From Auanema rhodensis (lineage: Eukaryota; Animalia; Nematoda): 64,000 nt of DNA. The notes under the pieces were generated by a model. That model had not been told where the DNA came from. It worked only from the letters and a program-made list of their open reading frames with translations, and did not search any database. Shown here in pieces: positions 56,901 to 64,000 of the stretch. The DNA lies in contig OZ059899.1 of the NCBI GenBank assembly GCA_964057225.1, forward strand, positions 20,584,001-20,648,000. The letters run 5' to 3'. Position 1 is the stretch's first letter. Each line of letters starts with the position of its first letter. Position numbers and translations under genes: made by a program.

Positions 56901-59900
56901 TTTTTACAAAAATTTTTCCGAAAAATTTCAAAATAATTTCGCAAAAAGTAGATGTTTTTAGATTCCTTTTTTCAAGGCAAAGACGATGGACATTGTTATT
57001 CAACGAAAAAATTGATTCTGCAGGGTGAAAATCGAGGATATAAGTGTGAACTTATATCAGTTGATATCTCGGTGCATTTTTAAGCTAACTCAAATCTGAT
57101 AACACAGATCGACGCAGCTTAAAAATCCGCATCGAATGCACTATACTACATTGAAAAACGGTTGATACAAAAATTAGGTATGATCGTTTGAAAAAAGATG
57201 CATTAGTGTATGTTGAGTTTCCATGTACACTCAACATTGCTTCCAAAAACATTTTTACAAAAATTTTTCCGAAAAATTTTGAAATAATTTCGCAAAAAGT
57301 AAATGTTTTTAGATTCCTTTCTCCAAGGCAAAGACGATGGACAATGTTATTCAACGAAAAAATTAATTCTGCAGGGTGAAAATCGAGGATATAATGGTGA
57401 ACTTATATCAGTTGATATCTCGGTGCATTTTTAAGCTAGCGCAAATCTGATAACACAGATCGACGCAGCTTAAAAATCCGCATCGAATGCACTATACTAC
57501 ATTGAAAAACGGTTGATACAAAAATTAGGTATGATCGTTTGAAAAAAGATGCATTAGTGTATGTTGAGTTTCCATGTACACTCAACATTGCTTCCAAAAA
57601 CATTTTTACAAAAATTTTTCCGAAAAATTTTGAAATAATTTCGCAAAAAGTAAATGTTTTTAGATTCCTTTCTCCAAGGCAAAGACGATGGACAATGTTA
57701 TTCAACGAAAAAATTAATTCTGCAGGGTGAAAATCGAGGATATAATGGTGAACTTATATCAGTTGATATCTCGGTGCATTTTTAAGCTAGCGCAAATCTG
57801 ATAACACAGATCGACGCAGCTTAAAAATCCGCATCGAATGCACTATACTACATTGAAAAACGGTTGATACAAAAATTAGGTATGATCGTTTGAAAAAAGA
57901 TGCATTAGTGTATGTTGAGTTTCCATGTACACTCAACATTGCTTCCAAAAACATTTTTACAAAAATTTTTCCGAAAAATTTTGAAATAATTTCGCAAAAA
58001 GTAGATGTTTTTAGATTCTTTTTTTCAAGGCAAAGACGATGGACATTGTTATTCAACGAAAAAATTGATTCTGCAGGGTGAAAATCGAGGATATAAGTGT
58101 GAACTTATATCAGTTGATATCTCGGTGCATTTTTAAGCTAACTCAAATCTGATAACACAGATCGACGCAGCTTAAAAATCCGCATCGAATGCACTATACT
58201 ACATTGAGAAACGCTTAATACAAAAATTAGTTATGATCGTTTGAAAAAAGATGCATTAGTGTATGTTGAGTTTCCATGTACACTCAACATTGCTTCCAAA
58301 AACATTTTTACAAAAATTTTTCCGAAAAATTTCGAAATAATTTCGCAAAAAGTAGATGTTTTTAGATTCCTTTTTTCAAGGCAAAGACGATGGACATTGT
58401 TATTCAACGAAAAAATTGATTCTGCAGGGTGAAAGTCGAGGATATAAGTGTGAACTTATATCAGTTGATATCTCGGTGCATTTTTAAGCTAACTCAAATC
58501 TGATAACACAGATCGACGCAGCTTAAAAATCCGCATCGAATGCACTATACTACATTGAGAAACGCTTGATACAAAAATTAGGTATGATCGTTTGAAAAAA
58601 GATGCATTAGTGTATGTTGAGTTTCCATGTACACTCAACATTGCTTCCAAAAACATTTTTACAAAAATTTTTCCGAAAAATTTCAAAATAATTTCGCGAA
58701 AAGTAGATGTTTTCAGATTCCTTTTTTCAAGGCAAAGACGATGGACAATGTTATTCAACGAAAAAATTGATTCTGCAGGGTGAAAATCGAGGATATAAGT
58801 GTGAACTTATATCAGTTGATATCTCGGTGCATTTTTAAGCTAGCGCAAATCTGATAACACAGATCGACGCAGCTTAAAAATCCGCATCGAATGCACTATA
58901 CAACATTGAGAAACGCTTGATACAAAAATTAGTTATGATCGTTTGAAAAATGATGCATTAGTGTATGTTGAGTTTCCATGTACACTCAACATTGCTTCCA
59001 AAAACATTTTGACAAAAATTTTTCCGAAAAATTTCAGAATAATTTCGCGAAAAGTAGATGTTTTTAGATTCCTTTTTTCAAGGCAAAGACGATGGACAAT
59101 GTTATTCAACGAAAAAATTAATTCTGCAGGGTGAAAATCGAGGATATAAGTGTGAACTTATATCAGTTGATATCTCGGTGCATTTTTAAGCTAGCGCAAA
59201 TCTGATAACACAGATCGACGCAGCTTAAAAATCCGCATCGAATGCACTATACTACATTGAGAAACGCTTGATACAAAAATTAGTTATGATCGTTTGAAAA
59301 AAGATGCATTAGTGTATGTTGAGTTTCCATGTACACTCAACATTGCTTCCAAAAACATTTTTACAAAAATTTTTCCGAAAAATTTCAAAATAATTTCGCA
59401 AAAAGTAGATGTTTTTAGATTCCTTTTTTCAAGGCAAAGACGATGGACATTGTTATTCAACGAAAAAATTGATTCTGCAGGGTGAAAATCGAGGATATAA
59501 GTGTGAACTTATATCAGTTGATATCTCGGTGCATTTTTAAGCTAGCGCAAATCTGATAACACAGATCGACGCAGCTTAAAAATCCGCATCGAATGCACTA
59601 TACTACATTGAGAAACGCTTGATACAAAAATTAGTTATGATCGTTTGAAAAAAGATGCATTAGTGTATGTTGAGTTTCCATGTACACTCAACATTGCTTC
59701 CAAAAATATTTTTACAAAAATTTTTCCGAAAAATTTCAAAATAATTTCGCAAAAAGTAGATGTTTTTAGATTCCTTTTTTCAAGGCAAAGACGATGGACA
59801 TTGTTATTCAACGAAAAAATTGATTCTGCAGGGTGAAAATCGAGGATATAAGTGTGAACTTATATCAGTTGATATCTCGGTGCATTTTTAAGCTAACTCA

Positions 59901-62900
59901 AATCTGATAACACAGATCGACGCAGCTTAAAAATCCGCATCGAATGCACTATACTACATTGAGAAACGCTTGATACAAAAATTAGGTATGATCGTTTGAA
60001 AAAAGATGCATTAGTGTATGTTGAGTTTCCATGTACACTCAACATTGCTTCCAAAAACATTTTTACAAAAATTTTTCCGAAAAATTTCAAAATAATTTCG
60101 CGAAAAGTAGATGTTTTTAGATTCCTTTTTTCAAGGCAAAGACGATGGACAATGTTATTCAACGAAAAAATTATTTCTGCAGGGTGAAAATCGAGGATAT
60201 AAGTGTGAACTTATATCAGTTGATATCTCGGTGCATTTTTAAGCTAGCGCAAATCTGATAACACAGATCGACGCAGCTTAAAAATCCGCATCGAATGCAT
60301 TATACTACATTGAGAAACGCGTGATACAAAACTTAGTTATGATCGTTTGAAAAATGATGCATTAGTGTATGTTGAGTTTCCATGTACACTCAACATTGCT
60401 TCCAAAAACATTTTGACAAAAATTTTTCCGAAAAATTTCGAAATAAATTCGCAAAGAGTAGGTGTTTTTAGATTCCTTTTTTCAAGGCAAAGACGATGGA
60501 CAATGTTATTCAACAAAAAAATTAATTCTGCAGGGTGAAAATCGAGGATATAAGTGTGAACTTATATCAGTTGATATCTCGGTGCATTTTTAAGCTAGCG
60601 CAAATCTGATAACACAGATCGACGCAGCTTAAAAATCCGCATCGAATGCACTATACTACATTGAGAAACGCTTGATACAAAAATTAGGTATGATCGTTTG
60701 AAAAATGATGCATTAGTGTATGTTGAGTTTCCATGTACACTCAACATTGCTTCCAAAAACATTTTGACAAAAATTTTTCCGAAAAATTTCGAAAAAATTT
60801 CGCGAAAAGTAGATGTTTTTAGATTCCTTTTTTCAAGGCAAAGACGATGGACAATGTTATTCAACGAAAAAATTATTTCTGCAGGGTGAAAATCGAGGAT
60901 ATAAGTGTGAACTTATATCAGTTGATATCTCGGTGCATTTTTAAGCTAGCGCAAATCTGATAACACAGATCGACGCAGCTTAAAAATCCGCATCGAATGC
61001 ACTATACTACATTGAGAAACGCTTGATACAAAAATTAGGTATGATCGTTTGAAAAAAGATGCATTAGTGTATGTTGAGTTTCCATGTACACTCAACATTG
61101 CTTCCAAAAACATTTTTACAAAAATTTTTCCGAAAAATTTCGAAATAATTTCGCAAAAAGTAGATGTTTTTAGATTCCTTTTTTCAAGGCAAAGACGATG
61201 GACATTGTTATTCAACGAAAAAATTGATTCTGCAGGGTGAAAATCGAGGATATAAGTGTGAACTTATATCAGTTGATATCTCGGTGCATTTTTAAGCTAA
61301 CTCAAATCTGATAACACAGATCGACGCAGCTTAAAAATCCGCATCGAATGCACTATACTACATTGAGAAACGCTTAATACAAAAATTAGTTATGATCGTT
61401 TGAAAAATGATGCATTAGTGTATGTTGAGTTTCCATATACACTCAACATAGCTTCCAAAAACATTTTGACAAAAATTTTTCCGAAAAATTTCGAAAAAAT
61501 TTCGCAAAAAGTAGATGTTTTTAGATTCCTTTTTTTACGGCAAAGACGATGGACAAAGTTATTCAACGAAAAAATTAATTCTGCAGGGTGAAAATCGAGG
61601 ATATAAGTGTGAACTTATATCAGTTGATATCTCGGTGCATTTTTAAGCTAGCGCAAATCTGATAACACAGATCGACGCCGCTTAAAAATCCGCATCGAAT
61701 GCACTATACTACATTGAGAAACGCTTGATACAAAAATTAGTTATGATCGTTTGAAAAAAGATGCATTAGTGTATGTTGAGTTTCCATGTACACTCAACAT
61801 TGCTTCCAAAAACATTTTTACAAAAATTTTTCCGAAAAATTTCGAAATAATTTCGCAAAAAGTAGATGTTTTTAGATTCCTTATTTCAAGGCAAAGACGA
61901 TGGACATTGTTATTCAACGAAAAAATTGATTCTGCAGGGTGAAAATCGAGGATATAAGTGTGAACTTATATCAGTTGATATCTCGGTGCATTTTTAAGCT
62001 AACTCAAATCTGATAACACAGATCGACGCAGCTTAGAAATCCGCATCGAATGCACTATACAACATTGAGAAACGCTTGATACAAAAATTAGTTATGATCG
62101 TTTGAAAAATGATGCATTAGTGTATGTTGAGTTTCCATGTACACTCAACATTGCTTCCAAAAACATTTTGACAAAAATTTTTCCGAAAAATTTCAAAATA
62201 ATTTCGCGAAAAGTAGATGTTTTCAGATTCCTTTTTTCAAGGCAAAGACGATGGACAATGTTATTCAACGAAAAAATTAATTCTGCAGGGTGAAAATCGA
62301 GGATATAAGTGTGAACTTATATCAGTTGATATCTCGGTGCATTTTTAAGCTAGCGCAAATCTGATAACACAGATCGACGCCGCTTAAAAATCCGCATCGA
62401 ATGCACTATACTACATTGAGAAACGCTTGATACAAAAATTAGTTATGATCGTTTGAAAAAAGATGCATTAGTGTATGTTGAGTTTCCATGTACACTCAAC
62501 ATTGCTTCCAAAAACATTTTGACAAAAATTTTTCCAAAAAATTTCAAAATAATTTCGCAAAAAGTAAATGTTTTTAGATTCCTTTCTCCAAGGCAAAGAC
62601 GATGGACAATGTTATTCAACGAAAAAATTAATTCTGCAGGGTGAAAATCGAGGATATAATGGTGAACTTATATCAGTTGATATCTCGGTGCATTTTTAAG
62701 CTAGCGCAAATCTGATAACACAGATCGACGCAGCTTAAAAATCCGCATCGAATGCACTATACTACATTGAAAAACGGTTGATACAAAAATTAGGTATGAT
62801 CGTTTGAAAAAAGATGCATTAGTGTATGTTGAGTTTCCATGTACACTCAACATTGCTTCCAAAAACATTTTTACAAAAATTTTTCCGAAAAATTTCAAAA

Positions 62901-64000
62901 TAATTTCGCAAAAAGTAGATGTTTTTAGATTCCTTTTTTCAAGGCAAAGACGATGGACAATGTTATTCAACGAAAAAATTATTTCTGCAGGGTGAAAATC
63001 GAGGATATAAGTGTGAACTTATATCAGTTGATATCTCGGTGCATTTTTAAGCTAGCGCAAATCTGATAACACAGATCGACGCAGCTTAAAAATCCGCATC
63101 GAATGCACTATACTACATTGAAAAACGGTTGATACAAAAATTAGGTATGATCGTTTGAAAAAAGATGCATTAGTGTATGTTGAGTTTCCATGTACACTCA
63201 ACATTGCTTCCAAAAACATTTTTACAAAAATTTTTCCGAAAAATTTTGAAATAATTTCGCAAAAAGTAGATGTTTTTAGATTCTTTTTTTCAAGGCAAAG
63301 ACGATGGACATTGTTATTCAACGAAAAAATTGATTCTGCAGGGTGAAAATCGAGGATATAAGTGTGAACTTATATCAGTTGATATCTCGGTGCATTTTTA
63401 AGCTAACTCAAATCTGATAACACAGATCGACGCAGCTTAAAAATCCGCATCGAATGCACTATACTACATTGAGAAACGCTTAATACAAAAATTAGTTATG
63501 ATCGTTTAAAAAAGATGCATTAGTGTATGTTGAGTTTCCATGTACACTCAACATTGCTTCCAAAAACATTTTTACAAAAATTTTTCCAAAAAATTTCAAA
63601 ATAATTTCGCAAAAAGTAAATGTTTTTAGATTCCTTTCTCCAAGGCAAAGACGATGGACAATGTTATTCAACGAAAAAATTAATTCTGCAGGGTGAAAAT
63701 CGAGGATATAATGGTGAACTTATATCAGTTGATATCTCGGTGCATTTTTAAGCTAGCGCAAATCTGATAACACAGATCGACGCAGCTTAAAAATCCGCAT
63801 CGAATGCACTATACTACATTAAAAAACGGTTGATACAAAAATTAGGTATGATCGTTTGAAAAAAGATGCATTAGTGTATGTTGAGTTTCCATGTACACTC
63901 AACATTGCTTCCAAAAACATTTTTACAAAAATTTTTCCGAAAAATTTTGAAATAATTTCGCAAAAAGTAAATGTTTTTAGATTCCTTTCTCCAAGGCAAA
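44201..64000. repeat. Variant domain E: 20-monomer unit, rearranged 26-monomer copy, and a partial third copy
   Basis: The marker monomer (ACGCGTGATA upstream, CAACAAAAAA) occurs at 44201, 51221 and 60347, i.e. offsets 7020 = 20x351 and 9126 = 26x351. Domain variants include GATATAATGGTG, GCTAACTC, TCTCCAAGG and AACGGTTG. Confidence 0.9.

Larger units (their letters stand above)
1..64000. repeat. 351-bp tandem satellite DNA array, about 182 monomers, extending beyond both window edges
   Basis: Landmarks recur every 351 bp (TTG at 670, 1021, 1372 ... 63155; 63155-670 = 178x351+7, and the 7 is explained by seven +T monomers). Monomers differ only by scattered substitutions. Most carry one PstI, EcoRV, NsiI, BsrGI and NheI site. 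Confidence 0.99.

Noticed and set aside
567-63321. Repeated 89/67-aa - strand ORF (MNNIVHRL...)
   Set aside because: It also starts at TTG, is open only in the minority of monomers with particular SNPs, and overlaps the other ORF in antisense.
670-63346. Repeated 63-aa + strand ORF (MKNDALVYVEF...) as a tandem gene family
   Set aside because: It starts at TTG, has no recognisable domain, and its K/F/I/N-rich composition reflects A/T tracts. It is broken in 22 of 179 monomers (15 TAA stops, 7 frameshifts) and those alleles were amplified freely. Persistence is explained by repeat homogenisation.
1-64000. CRISPR array or repeat-spacer system
   Set aside because: The hairpins are separated by constant sequence, not unique spacers, and there are no cas or other genes.
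1-64000. Tandem 5S rRNA, tRNA, snRNA or spliced-leader gene array
   Set aside because: I recognised no 5S sequence, tRNA cloverleaf, pol III boxes or SL exon on either strand. This was not checked computationally.
1-64000. Assignment to Drosophila 1.688 or Tribolium TCAST satellite families
   Set aside because: Only length and AT content are similar; I cannot confirm sequence homology by eye.

Overview
The whole 64-kb window is one uninterrupted head-to-tail array of a 351-bp AT-rich satellite DNA (about 182 monomers, one orientation; about 33% GC by hand count of one monomer). I see no unique sequence, gene, RNA gene, CRISPR array or inserted element. The 63-aa and 89-aa ORFs are by-products of the repeat: they start at TTG and many copies are broken. 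Structure exists at two scales. (1) Within the monomer there are four dyad (inverted-repeat) elements arranged short-long-short-long, with centres about 175 bp apart (half the monomer). (2) Across the array, diagnostic SNPs define successive variant domains with nested higher-order repeats (2-, 6-, 7-, 9-, 11-, 17/18-, 20/26- and 29/30-monomer periods), chimeric junction monomers, and shared variants linking the far left end to the right half. This looks like eukaryotic (peri)centromeric or heterochromatic satellite, probably from an invertebrate (inference). I cannot name the family or species. Monomer coordinates below refer to the TTG of the ORF track, used only as a register mark.
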